The notes under the pieces are model-generated. The model was not told the DNA's origin, searched no databases, and worked only from the letters and a program-made list of their open reading frames with translations. From Camelus dromedarius (lineage: Eukaryota), in assembly GCF_036321535.1 (NCBI RefSeq), contig NC_087458.1, positions 1,736,001-1,800,000 of the forward strand: DNA of 64,000 bases, given 5' to 3'. Both the position numbers and the translations under genes were made by a program. Position 1 is the stretch's first letter; each line of letters opens with the position of its first letter. This document shows, in pieces, positions 22,830 through 34,269 of the stretch.

Positions 22830-23530
22830 GAAGACAGACAGCCTGGGTTCAAGACTAGCTCTAGCATTTCCTCACTGTGGGGCCTCGGGTGAGTCACATC
22901 GCCAACTTGAGCCTCCATCTCTTCAGACCAAAAATGTGGTCAGTGGGAAAGAGTCTTCTGGACCAGGCGCTAGACGGTACTTCTCCTTTGGCACTGTCTC
23001 CCTGTGCCCTCCCGCTCCACCCAACCACACTGATAGTCACGAGGAAAACAGACGTCCCTCAAGCACTCAAGCAAAGGACTGCACTGAGGATCATGGCCCT
23101 GTGTTGCCAGCTCTTTCTGGAAGAGATATCTATATTTTTCCACAAACACTGATACAGCACGTACTCAGTGCCGGGCTCTGTTCTACATGCTTTGCAAATA
23201 TGAACTTGTGTATCATCAACAACTCTCTGATGTGGGTCCTGTGGCTGTACCCTGTTTGCAGGTGAGAAAACCAAAGCCCAGAGAGGTTAAGTGACTTGCC
23301 AGGGGTCACAGAGCCAGTGGGTGTTGGAGCCTGGGATGGAACTCAGGAGGCGGGTGGCTTCAGTGTCAGACCGCTCAGCTGCCCTGTCAGGTCAGAGGAG
23401 CCATGTGCATGTGCTGTGTCTAGGCACCATACTGGAACTGTCTCGTTTGATCTTAACAGCAACCCCTTGAAATGTGTGTCATTATTATCCCATTTTACAG
23501 ATGGCGGAGCCGTCTCTGAGAGGTAGAGAA
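22830..23530. mobile_element. Cluster of three MIR fragments (22830-22930 +, 23140-23380 -, 23400-23530 -)
   Basis: cctgggttcaagactagctct; cccagagaggttaagtgacttgccaggggtcaca; attatcccattttacagatg. Confidence 0.8.
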
Positions 23531-23659
23531 AATGTCACATTCACGGGATGGGGGAGGTGAATGCATGAGTGAGTGAGCGAGCGCATGCTAGTGAGCAGAC
23601 CTGCTGAATGACCTTGGCTTAAGCTCCGTGTTCCCGGCCGAGAGCCGACTCAGGAAGTC

Positions 23660-23900
23660 CCACTTACCCCAGAGTGTGCTCTTGGGACCAGGGGACTCAT
23701 CCTGCCCCTGATCCCTGAGAGCGGCCCTGGGCACTGAGTTCCCAGTGGCTTCAAAGGGAGCCTGAGCCAGCCGAGCTCCCAGGGGGCGAGGACGGCGGGG
23801 AGCTGGCCCGGCCCCGCCGCCGCAGACTCGGCCGCTGCCGGACGTCAGAAGCGCGAGGCGGCTTTGGTCTCCGGCCGCGGCTGATGGAGCCAGGGCAGCG
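23660..23900. promoter_or_regulatory. CpG island / putative bidirectional promoter
   Basis: 18 CpG counted in 23761-23880; CRE-like GACGTCA, TTCAAAG, and a CTCF-like ctcccagggggcga. Confidence 0.6.
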
Positions 23901-26900
23901 CGGAGCCAGGCACTTCTGGGAACCGTGTGCGGCATTTCCTTGTTCTGTCAGCTCCACCGAAGGGCCCCGGAAACCACATGCAGAACAAAGCCTCTGGGGC
24001 GCAGCCTGGAAGGCGAGAGGATTAGAGGGAGGGAGCAGAGAAAGTCCCCTGGGCTGGCTCCCGGGGCCTGGGAACCTCTCCCGGCCCTCCCTGAAGTGGC
24101 AGCTCCGCCCACGGCCCCAGGGACCCGCGCTGCCCTGATCAGGACCCAGGCGGCCAGAGCCACCTGAGTACTGAGCGTGGGCTTGTCAGCCAGGTGTGGC
24201 CAGGTGTGTCTCGGCCATCCTCGGACCCCCCAGGGTAAGGACCGGCATTGTCCCCATTTTAGAAAAGAGATGAACGAGACTGGGGACGTAAAGGACCTGG
24301 CAGGCAATCAGGCTGGGTCTGGCTAAGTCTACTTCAGCCCCAGGGCCAGGCCTGCGGTTTTGTTTGCTCTTCTGTTGGGTTTGTTTTCATAGATGATACG
24401 GTTCAAAAATGAGAACGTAGAAAATGTATTCATGAAGTGGCCCTGCATCCCTCATAGAGCAGAAAGCTGAGGCCCGAGGGCTCCACTCTCACCTCCACGA
24501 GACAGCGCCACGTGGGTTGGAAGGAGGGTGCAAAGTGGGGCCGGCACTCCCAGTGACTGTGGTCTCCGTGCAGGACAGCCCAGGGGTGGCCGTGTGGGAG
24601 GACAGGAGTGACGAGAGGGAGGGAGGGGCACCCAAACCTGGCACCCCACGTGGAGGCAGGGGCCCCAGGTCCAGTGGGACCACCTCAGTAGGGGTGAGGC
24701 TGCAGGCCCTGAGCGCTGCCGCCATCCAGCAGCCTGCTTGGTGGGGCCCCAGGAGGAGGGTCCTGGGAGGGAGCAGTTCTCAGGATGAGGAGGGGGCTCC
24801 TCTGGGGAGGGGACCCAGGGCAGGCACACAAGTGTACACAGCCCACACATGCACTCAACACGTGTGCTCTGTGCACCCGCAACCCAGGTTCCCACCCGCT
24901 GTTCCAGCAGGGCAGGATGAGGGTCTTGGGAGGTCATGTCCCAGACGAAGGCCCTCCCTCCCCTCCTGGCGCATCACAGCCTCTGTCTCCGCGTCCCTGT
25001 CCTTCCCCCTCCCTCCTTCTCTCCTCTCTAGTGTCTGACACTGCTGCTTTGGCTTCTTTGCAGCCCTGTGGGTGTAGCTGCCCTGCCTGCTTCTCATGAC
25101 CTCCGGCTCCATTGTCCTAGCTGGGCAGACTTAGACAACTGGCTCACCCTCTCTGAGCCTTAGACAACTGGCTCACCCTCTCACACCTCCCTTCCAGTGA
25201 CTGTAATTACATGAGACACGTATTCAAAATGCACTAGAAAGGCAGCCATGGGGGAGAGTGTTTCTGGAGCTCCTTTCCCATCAGGTCCCCAGAAGCAGGC
25301 TTCCTGCACCTCCTTTGCTTTGTCTCAAACTTTGGCCAGCAGGTCGGCCGGCTCCCAGGGCCAAATACAGGGTAAGGTCCCTCTGGAGCCACTGAGCTCA
25401 GTGCAAGGCCTGGGGGAAGTGGAGCCTTAAACCCGCCACCCCACCCCTCCTGTCACTGGAGATCAAACCGTTATCAGAATCAAAGCCGTCCCGCTGATGG
25501 ATGAGCCCAGGGATGGGGGGCCCAGGCCGCCAGCCCCCTCGCTGTTCCTGGAGTTCAGAGCACTCCGCCACCTAGCCAGGAGCCCCAGCACAGTTTAATT
25601 GGGGCCAGAACACCTTTTGCCCCTTGTTGCCTCCTGGGGAAAGATGTTATCTGTCTCTGCAGGGAGGGAGGGCACGGAGGTGTCAGCCGGCAGGCGGGGG
25701 TGGAGAGGCCACACTGACAGGGGGCCTGGCTGGCGGCCGGAACCCTCTTACCCGACAGTCACTCAGCTGCAGGGCAGGTGGCCGAGGCCCAGATGCTTTC
25801 CAAACCCAGGGAGCCCCGAGATTAAAATTTGCCAGCAACCCACAGACCTACCAACTCAGCATCTTCATTCAGGAGGCCCTGCAGGGGAGAGACAAGGGGC
25901 GGTGTCACTCTGACACCTTCTGGGCTCTGGGCCTCCCGGAGAAAGATGTGATACCCAGGGGTCCGGCGATTCCAGGAGGGCGTGGCCAGTCTGAGGGCTG
26001 ACTGAAGCCCCAGCCTTGGGGGGCCCTGAAGGAATTCACAGAGCTGTCAGAGATGTAATTTTGATTTTGTCAGCATCCTGGAAGCTTCGGATAGAACCCT
26101 GAGATGCCAGGAACTCGGGTGCTGTTGGTGGAGGCATCCAGACACGTCTGTGCCGACCGTCTAATTGCCACCGCCCGGCTTCGAGTCCAGGCCCAGCTGT
26201 GTGCCTCCATCTGTAAACAAGGACGAGTGAAGGTTCGTCCTTCCACCTGGCACTGTGCGGACCGGTGAGCCGATGAGGTCAAGACTTGAGCAGTGCTCGG
26301 CGGTGCCTGGCAGTGCCCGCGGTTGTGTTATCATCATCATTGTGACGTAACAGCAGATGGATTCAGGAGGCAGTGCAGGGACAGTTCACGGGCTCTGGAA
26401 GGAAGTACACCAGATGCCATCGTGAATTCAAGTGGCCAACAGAAGCTTCATTATTTTGTTAATGTATTTTCCAAAGTCTTTTTTAATAAACCTGTATTCC
26501 CTTTTTAAATGAAGAATCTGAAGCTAATAAACTGTACAAGACGCCCACGCAGCAGGCCCAGGGCCCGGTGGCTGGCCCTCTCCTTCTGCTTCTTGGAGAA
26601 ACTCTGGGTTGTTCGGGGTCACGATGCCGCCGCTCTCACCGGGTCCTCCGGGTGTTTACAGCCGGTGTAGCCCCCTGCCGCTGTGCAGAGGTACTCAAGA
26701 CGGCTGTAACTTTGCTGCCTCCGTGTATGAACCATTTCCCTGCGCTGCCTGTTGTGTCTGGTCTGCAGGATACACTGTCCCTTTGCACTGAGACCGAGGT
26801 CATCCCGGCAAGGCCACCAGCCCCGCCAGCCACACCGCCCTGCACGCCAGCCAGTTGCCTGCTCTGGGTCTGTGTGGCTCCACGTGCAGAATATACTTTC

Positions 26901-27089
26901 CGCTTCACTACCCTGTGGCTTTGCAAGGAATGAAAGAATGGAAATTAAAACATAAAACTCCTTGGAGGAACGTCGTTGGTGGGGGTGGGACGAGGAGGCA
27001 AGCTTGGGCGCGCAGGGAAGATTTTCATCACTCTTAGGGCTGGAAAGCCAGGAATTCGAGGCAGAACAGGGAAAAGAAGGGACTCTGGA

Positions 27090-27260
27090 GGCAGAGGGAC
27101 CTGGGTTCAAATCCCGCCTCTGCTCCCCACTAATTGTGTGGCCCCCACAAAGTGCCTAATTCTGGGAGCCTTTGGTTTTTCACGTGCAGAATTGGTTAAC
27201 AACTTACCCCACGTGGGCTGTTTGTGAGGTCACGTATGATGATCTGTAAACAGCACCAGA
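27090..27260 (+). mobile_element. MIR SINE
   Basis: ggactctggaggcagagggacctgggttcaaatcccgcctctgc. Confidence 0.85.
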
Positions 27261-28999
27261 GCAGAGTAAATGTCCACAAAACGCAGTTGTGAAGCCAACG
27301 GAAGGAACATGGGAGCCCACCCAGGCCTCGCGACACCGGTTCCCGTTATAACCACCTGGGGAGGTTTTAACCACGAGTGTCAGAACCCAAGCTCCTTGCA
27401 GAAGTGGCTGATTCCAGGCTGCGCAGGGAGCGCCAGGAGGAGCCCGGAGCCCGTCCTGAGGGAGGATGTCTGGGGTGGGGTGAGGGCACCAGGAGCTGGG
27501 CGCCTGAAGGAGGGGCATTTAGGGGCGCTCTGTGTACGTCAGTCCTTACCTCCTCCCTCCGGCCCTCCCCAGTGGGGACTCTTCCAATACCCGTTTTCTG
27601 AGGCTCTGAGAGTGAAACAGCTTGCCTGGAGTTTCCAGAAGGATTTGGCAGAACCAGGGCTGTAATACAAAAGTAACTCGAAAGTCCAGTTTTTCCTCTA
27701 CCTCCTGGAGGCTCCACCTGAGTTTCCACCGGGGGTCTTCGCAGGGTCTGTAGCTGGAGCAACGTCGTCCCTAACGTACCTCAGAGTCAGTTCCCACTTC
27801 ACAATTCCAGGTGACCCTCAGCGCGTGCGGGCGTGCGTGTGCGTGTGCGTGTTTCAGGAGCCTCGTCCTTTGAGCTGTGTGACATCCAGGTGGTTGCATC
27901 CCCTCTCTGGGGAGTCTAGAAACACCTCTGGACCCAGTCACCCTGGCGCATGCGGCACTGGGAGAACAAAATCTGAGCCTGGGAGTGTGAATCACAAGAG
28001 CGCTAGCCCGGACGTGGGGGTCCCACTTCAGCAGGTGAGGGTCCCACGGGCTGTGCAAACCCAGTGTTCAGCAGTGACGCCGTGTGGCCACCTCTGCAGC
28101 AGCTCTGTGACGGGCGGGGCACCAGGCCTGCTCCTACTCAGCCCCCCAGCCTGCACTGTGTGGGCAGCCTGACCTCCACCTGGCGCAGGGGCCGTTCCAA
28201 AGCTTGTGGGTAAGAGGGAGGTAAGGTCTTTAAGAGGTGAGACTAGACTAGGAGCAAATAAGGACAAGTTGAACGTAAGCAGTTACTGTGTTTAAAACAC
28301 GTCAGGGGGTCCTATTTGACCTCCAGACTGGGGACAGCTGGGCAGACCCAGTGACACGTCACAGCCCCGACGACTGCCTTTTTGGGAAACACAGCCTTGG
28401 GACCATAATGTCTGCTATCTGTCAATGAGAAAAGAATATTTGATTGGCACACATTTGATTAAAGCAGAAATTCCCGGGATGGACAGGGGGGTGGGTCTGC
28501 CTTCTGGGGCCACTTGCCCTGACGCTTCCTCTCGTTCTTCTCTGCGCGTGAGCTGCCCGGAGGGTCTTTCCTTGCCTGGCCCTGCCGTGTTCTCACATTG
28601 TTCTGTTTTTTGGACAACAGCTGGTTGCCAAGGAAACCACTGTGGAGCCCAAAGTCAGACCCACGTCTTCCCTGCAGGGAAATTCAGCCCTTACTCATCT
28701 CTCCATCCATAGCCGCCTCTTGGCCTGACCTCAGAAAATTTTGCCAAACCCCAAGCAAGGAGTCCCCTCCCTCCTGCCGGGACCTCTCCCTGGGAGCTGA
28801 GCACAGCTGAAAGGAGGAAGCGGGGCTGCGTGCGGGAGCCAGAATGGCCCTGGAACCATGTCATCCTGACCCTTCCTTCTTTCCGTGTAAACACTTTACC
28901 CGAGTGTCACGGATGGTATGTAGAGGGCATGCGTCCTAAGCAGCAGAAGCACGCTTTGCATCCCCTTGGGGTCACTCCCCTCCCCCCATGCGCAGAAAG

Positions 29000-29480
29000 G
29001 TGACCACCCCTCTGACTTCTACGGCAGAGATGTGCTCCACCGGCCACTGCACCTGATGTCAGTGGAGTCACACAGTGGGTGCTCTTTGGAGGCAGAACTG
29101 TGTTTTGACACTCCGTTGGTTTGCCTACTCTCGCTGCCGGGGCCTCGCCCGCTGTGTGCATGGCCTAGAGTTTGCTCCTCCGTGCACTTTTGATGGGCAT
29201 CGGGGCAGTTGCCAGCTTTGTCTGATGTGAGCTTGCTTGTCTGTGTCTCGGGTAAACGTATGTTGACTGACATTTCTCTTGCGTGTCTGCCCAAGATCGG
29301 AGGTGATGGGTCATGGGATGAATCCAGGAGCGGTCACCAAAAGTTCTCCAAAATACTTGTAGCAAGTTTTTTGTCACTCCCACCAAATGATATGAGAGCC
29401 CGGCTGCCCCACATCCTTGTCAGCACTTGGTACTGTCTGCCTTTCTCGTTTTAGCCATTTTTTCATCCTTCTCAGGCTGG
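29000..29480 (-). mobile_element. Old L1ME-type fragment, GC-shifted
   Basis: tgatgggcatcggggcagttgccagc; tcactcccaccaaatgatatgagag...ccacatccttgtcagcacttggtactgtc. Confidence 0.75.
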
Positions 29481-29659
29481 TGTCGGGGATACTGAGGCCA
29501 GAGAGATGGGCCGTACGCAAAACCCCAGGCACAAGCCCAGAATCCTTTCATCCTTTCTACTGGGCAGAAGGCACCAGTTCAGTTTCCACATTACGAAGTC
29601 TTGTCCAATTAAACCTCCCTTAGAAATCAGAGCAAGGCAGGCAATCTGCTGGTCAATAA

Positions 29660-29910
29660 CAATACATGAAATAATAATGAGCGTTCCTTAGACACCGGCT
29701 GAGCACCAGGACCATGTGAGAGCTTTGCCTGCCCTGCCTCACGTGGGCCCCACGCAGTCTCTGGACGGAGGCACTGTTCTCTGTCCCCATTCTAGAGCTG
29801 GTAAAATAGAGGCCCAGAGAGGTGAAACGACTCTCCCAGGGTCACACAGCTGGTAAGTGAGGGAGCTGGGACTCAAACCCACATCCGTCTGTCTCTGGAG
29901 CCCAGGTTAC
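29660..29910 (-). mobile_element. MIR SINE
   Basis: gaggcccagagaggtgaaacgactctcccagggtcacacagctggtaagtga. Confidence 0.9.
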
Positions 29911-30599
29911 CAGCCTGTCTGGTGGACAGTGGGAGCTGAGAAGTCTCTCCGGGTTTTTTTCTCTCTCTGGACTCAGTCCCAACAGATATAGTGTTTATCT
30001 TTTCAGAATTGGCTAATCTGAAAATTCTGTTTTTCCAGGATTAGATAGCCAAAAAACCTTTTCAAAGAGGCATGATCTTCAGGTCTCTTGATTGACACTT
30101 TACAGTGCTCTGTGCTGAATGTGCACGTGCTGGCACACGTGTGTGTGCACGTGTGTCCTCCTTGTCCAGTTTCAGCCCAGGCCTCTGTTCCCAGGCAACG
30201 CCTGTCCCTGCTGTTCCTTCATTGACCCAACATGTGGTGATCAGGCCCGTAGTTCCGGCTCCTGCCCAGTTTCGGGAAGACAGAAGGCTTCCAGGAGGGA
30301 GCTGAGACCTGCAAGAGGAGTAGGGTGAGCAAGGAGGGCAGGAAGTGTCTTCCCAGCAGAGGGAACAGCCGGTGCAAAGACAGGGCAGGTGCATCAAGGG
30401 AGCCAAACAGGCAGCGGGCGGGAGCAGCGTCCCGGCGTTGTTTTCAGCTTGCTAACTTCACAGGCCGTTCGCCACTGCGAGTCCCCAGGAGAATTTCCCC
30501 AGCTCTTTGACCGAGGGAGACAGTTACCTGATGATCAGACCTTAAAATTTACAAGCTGCCTTTTCCCTGTGCTGTCTCCTTTGGTCTTTTAAACCCTCT

Positions 30600-30730
30600 G
30601 ACCTATGCACCAGCAGCCCTGCCCCTCCAAGCCGATTAGAAATGCAGAGTCTCAGGCCCCGACCGAGACCTCCTCCATCCAAATCTGCAGTTTGTCAAGA
30701 TCCTGAGAGGTGAGAGCTCAGAAGAACGGC
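30600..30730. mobile_element. MER5A-type hAT fragment
   Basis: ttagaaatgcagagtctcaggcccc...aaatctgcagtttgtcaagatcc. Confidence 0.75.
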
Positions 30731-30994
30731 TGCCCTAAGAGTCCAGGAGGCGAGCTCTGCTGCACCCATTTTATGGTATAGACATGGATGCCTAAAAAGG
30801 TGGAGCCCCATAGTTAGGAAGTGACTAGTGAGTCCAAATCTTGTTCCTCCCTCTCCAGTCCAACCTGCTGGATTTGTGGATGAGAACACAGAGGCCCAGA
30901 GAGGGAACGGGCCTCGCCCAAGGTCACACAGCATGACTAGCATTCAGGTCTTCAGACTCCACATGCATCCATGTGCTTTCTCTGACCCCAAACT

Positions 30995-31170
30995 GCCAGG
31001 GAGCTGTGGTTTTCAGTGCGGTCCGTGGACCAGCAGCATCCCTGTCACCCTGGATGCTACTTAGAATGCATATTTCCGGCCCCTTTCCAGGGCTGCGGAA
31101 TGCAAATCCCTGAGGATGAGGCCCTGGAATCTGCATCTTAGCAAGCCCTTCAGGTGTTTCTTAGGTTCGC
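30995..31170. mobile_element. MER5A-type hAT element
   Basis: gtggttttcagtgcggtccgtggaccagcagcatc...ggccctggaatctgcatcttagcaagccc. Confidence 0.85.
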
Positions 31171-31594
31171 TTGGGGAATTGCTGTGGACTTTGACAGAAC
31201 ACCTTGCAATTCTGAGATTATCCACTAGAGAGAGCCAGCGCCCCAGAGATGCAGCCTTGAGGCCTCTCTGAGATGGCAGGTTCCAGCAGTTTTCTTTCTC
31301 CTGGTGGGTCCAGCGTGGCTGCTGTTTAGGGAAGATCCTCAGGTCACACCAGTCAGAGATGTTTAGGAAAGGGAACACTTAACATGGGAGCAGGAGCCCA
31401 AATTCAGATGCCATGCCCTGCACCTGGACCCTCACCTCCAGGCCCGTCACCGGTGGATTCACAGTGCGGCCTCAGCAGTGCCCTTCACCTCTGAACGTCA
31501 GCTTTCTCCTCTGCAGAGCAGAGTCCCCAACCCCAGCCTTGATATTTTACAAAGCTGTGAAATGTTAATGTCCGTAAAACGTTAGGAAACAGGA

Positions 31595-31975
31595 GGTGTG
31601 TTGTCACACAGTCTGCTGTGATTCCATGTGCATTCTGGTGTATCTCCGTGAATCACATGCTCTCCAGCCAGTGAATGCAGTGGGAAGTAGTTGTGCCTGC
31701 ATGTGAGGTCTGGAGCTGTGGCAGCCATCTTGTGCCCATGGGGAAATCAGGCTGAAGATGGCAATGCTAAAAGTGGAATAAACCTGAGTCCTTTATGATG
31801 TCGGGACCTACTGAATTAGTCAACCCTGGAACTTCTCTACCTTGGAGTAGAGAAGTAGTGAGGTAAGAGTAGAGAACTTGTGAGGTAAGTTAATGTGTCC
31901 CCTGGTAGATTACTCTAGCTGGACTTGGGCCTTCTGTGGCTTGCAGCTAAAAGCATTCCATCCAGCTTGCTTGTC
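31595..31975 (+). mobile_element. MLT1J-type MaLR LTR
   Basis: ggagctgtggcagccatcttg...gctgaagatggc...ttctgtggcttgcagctaaaagcattcc. Confidence 0.8.
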
Positions 31976-32589
31976 TTGCCATATTGACCAATTGTCTGCC
32001 TGCTGGCGAGGAAAAGGGACTCTCTTGTGCCAACAGCTCCTATATGTGTAGCACAGACAGACTGGTAGAGGGAGTCCTTGGACAACAAGGCCCAGCCGTG
32101 GGAAGTGAGGTCAGAGAGCCAAGACAGAGGGCAGGGAAGTTGACAGCAAGCCAAGTGGTCACAAGGAGGGAATTGATGGGAGGGGTGGACAATAAGTCCT
32201 CTGTGATTGCAGAGTTCCCTGTGGGTCAGAGTGCAGGGCACCAGGGAGTGTGTCCTGGAGGTGAATGTCAAGTAGTCATGATGGGGTCCCTCCTGTGTCC
32301 CATTACCAAGCCCACCCCCTCCTCAGTAAGTCCAAGAAGATTCCGTAACCCACGCAGGCCACGGCTCACCCGCCTGTGAGGGAACCCTTCCCTTCGGGGA
32401 ATTGCATACCCGCTCCAGCCTTACAAGGACGGCTGCACTCCCGAGACTGTGGGTGACTGTGACTTGCAGCACCGACTCGGAACATTTCGTCATCACAGGA
32501 GGTTCTGTGGGGCGGCACTGCCCTAGCGCTCTTTTGGATAGTGTATAGGGTCACATCCAAACGTGTGTATACATAACATCTCTGTGGGA

Positions 32590-32790
32590 ATAACTGAGTA
32601 ACACTAGAGCTCTAAGTTCAGAAGCCTTTGTCCATCCCTGTTTGTGCTCACAAGAGCGCTGTCAGATTTGAATCAATATGTTATTATCCTCGGTTTTAAT
32701 GAGGAGGCTGATTTTCAAGGATGCACGGTTGGATGCAGCAGAGCCAGGACTCGAACCCTGATCTTCCGGCTTCTCGTTTTATGCTCATCC
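32590..32790 (-). mobile_element. MIR SINE
   Basis: ttattatcctcggttttaatgaggaggctga...cagagccaggactcgaaccc. Confidence 0.75.
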
Positions 32791-33219
32791 TGCTCCTCAG
32801 AAAGAGGCTTGGAGTTTTGCCGTTGCTGCCCTTCTTTCCCGTGGATGGAGTAGAAAGAGTGTTAGAATTCAGGGAAGAACTCTGCTTGTTTCTGAAAACA
32901 ACACCCAGTTACTCCGCAGCTCTGGAGCTATTTCTGAAGATGCCAGGACCAAGGCTCCCTCAAAAGAGCAATTATCTTATTGCAAACCTATCATCAGATA
33001 TCCCCTGAAATAAGGGCTTTGCTCTCCCTGAGCAGAGTTGCAGGGCAGTCATGAATATGGTCCGAGCCCTGGATTGCTACCTGTGGACCTAGCTGTAATC
33101 CGGGGCAGGGATCAGAATCCAAAAAACTGCCTCCCCCCACCCTCTAAATACCATGGCGCCTAAGAGCTTGGGTCACTTTTCCTACTGCTTCGACCCTGCC
33201 CCACTCGTCCCTGTGAACT

Positions 33220-33430
33220 CTTCACGGAAGAACGTACGCAGCTGATCCGGGAAGACGGAAGGCGAGAAGCCCTGGCCGAGGCTCCGTGACGGCGGTGGCG
33301 GCGGGAGCGGTGAGGTTAAGGGTAGAAGCCGCGGCCGCAGCCCGTGCCGCACCAACGGCGTGCGAGCCCCTGAGCCACGCGCTGTGGCCGTTGCCTTGCT
33401 TTTCTCACCCTCCCCGGGCCGCCTCCTGGG
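33220..33430 (+). promoter_or_regulatory. CpG island with first-exon-like 5' splice site
   Basis: About 24 CpG in 33221-33390, several CGGAAG ETS cores, and donor GCG|GTGAGG at 33309/33310. Confidence 0.55.
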
Positions 33431-33499
33431 ATCTGAGGAGCATGCCTCCTCAACTGTGTGTGCATCCGTGAGCTGGGGCGCACAGCGTTCCCCACGGGG

Positions 33500-33640
33500 G
33501 TGTGCAATGGAGAAAGCACGTGTTCACATCTTAGTCTCTCTGCTCCCTAGGCTTGTGACTCTGAGAAGTGACTTCTTATCTCAGTTTCCTCATCTGTAAA
33601 ATGGGGGCAACACAGTCCCTATCGTAGGGGGTAACTAACA
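33500..33640 (+). mobile_element. MIR SINE
   Basis: tctcagtttcctcatctgtaaaatgggggcaac. Confidence 0.9.
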
Positions 33641-33799
33641 ATTGCACAAGGTAGTGGCTGCAGGCGGCTGCGGCAGATGCACCTGACCCATGCCCCCCAG
33701 GTTCTCTCCTCCCCTGGCCCGGCTGCACACAGCATGCCAGGTAATCCTCCTTGTCGCTGGGAGGTAAGGACGCCTGCTATGGAATCTTGCAGATCTCTC

Positions 33800-33957
33800 T
33801 ACAGAAGGGGTTCCCAAGCTTTGCTGACATAAGAATCCCCAGCGGAGTTTTGAAAACTTCGAATGCCTGGTCCATGCCCCAGGAGAGTTAGAGCAGACCC
33901 TCCAGGACGGATCAGTGGTCTGTACGGCTCCCAGGGCGTTCCGACGTGCAGCCTGTG
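33800..33957. mobile_element. MER5-type hAT fragment
   Basis: ggttcccaagctttgctgacataagaatccccagcggagttttgaaaac. Confidence 0.7.
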
Positions 33958-33965
33958 TTCTAGAC

Positions 33966-34258
33966 CAGCGTTGCCCAATACAAGTGTAATGTGACCCAGT
34001 GTCATTTAAAAGTTTTATTAGTCACGTTAACAGATGTAAGCAGAGACAAGAAAAATTGATTTTAATAATATATTTTATTTAACCCAAATAGATCCAGAAT
34101 GTTATCGCTTATCCGGTACTGAAAGATGATCAGCGAGGCATTTCACACCCACGTCCTGTCCCAAGTCTTTGAAGTCTGCTGAGCATTTCACACTTAGGAT
34201 GCAACTCAGTTCAGACTCACAGGTTCAGTGGTTAGCGGCTGCTGCTGTGCACACCCAG
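33966..34258 (+). mobile_element. MER33 DNA transposon
   Basis: cagcgttgcccaataca...tgattttaataatatattttatttaacccaa...catttcacacttag; preceded by ttctagac (Charlie target motif). Confidence 0.85.
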
Positions 34259-34269
34259 CTGGCTAGTTG

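Noticed and set aside
28060-28071. 12-nt match to the 5' end of miR-199a-5p (cccagtgttcag)
   Set aside because: The sequence diverges immediately afterwards and I see no pre-miRNA hairpin.
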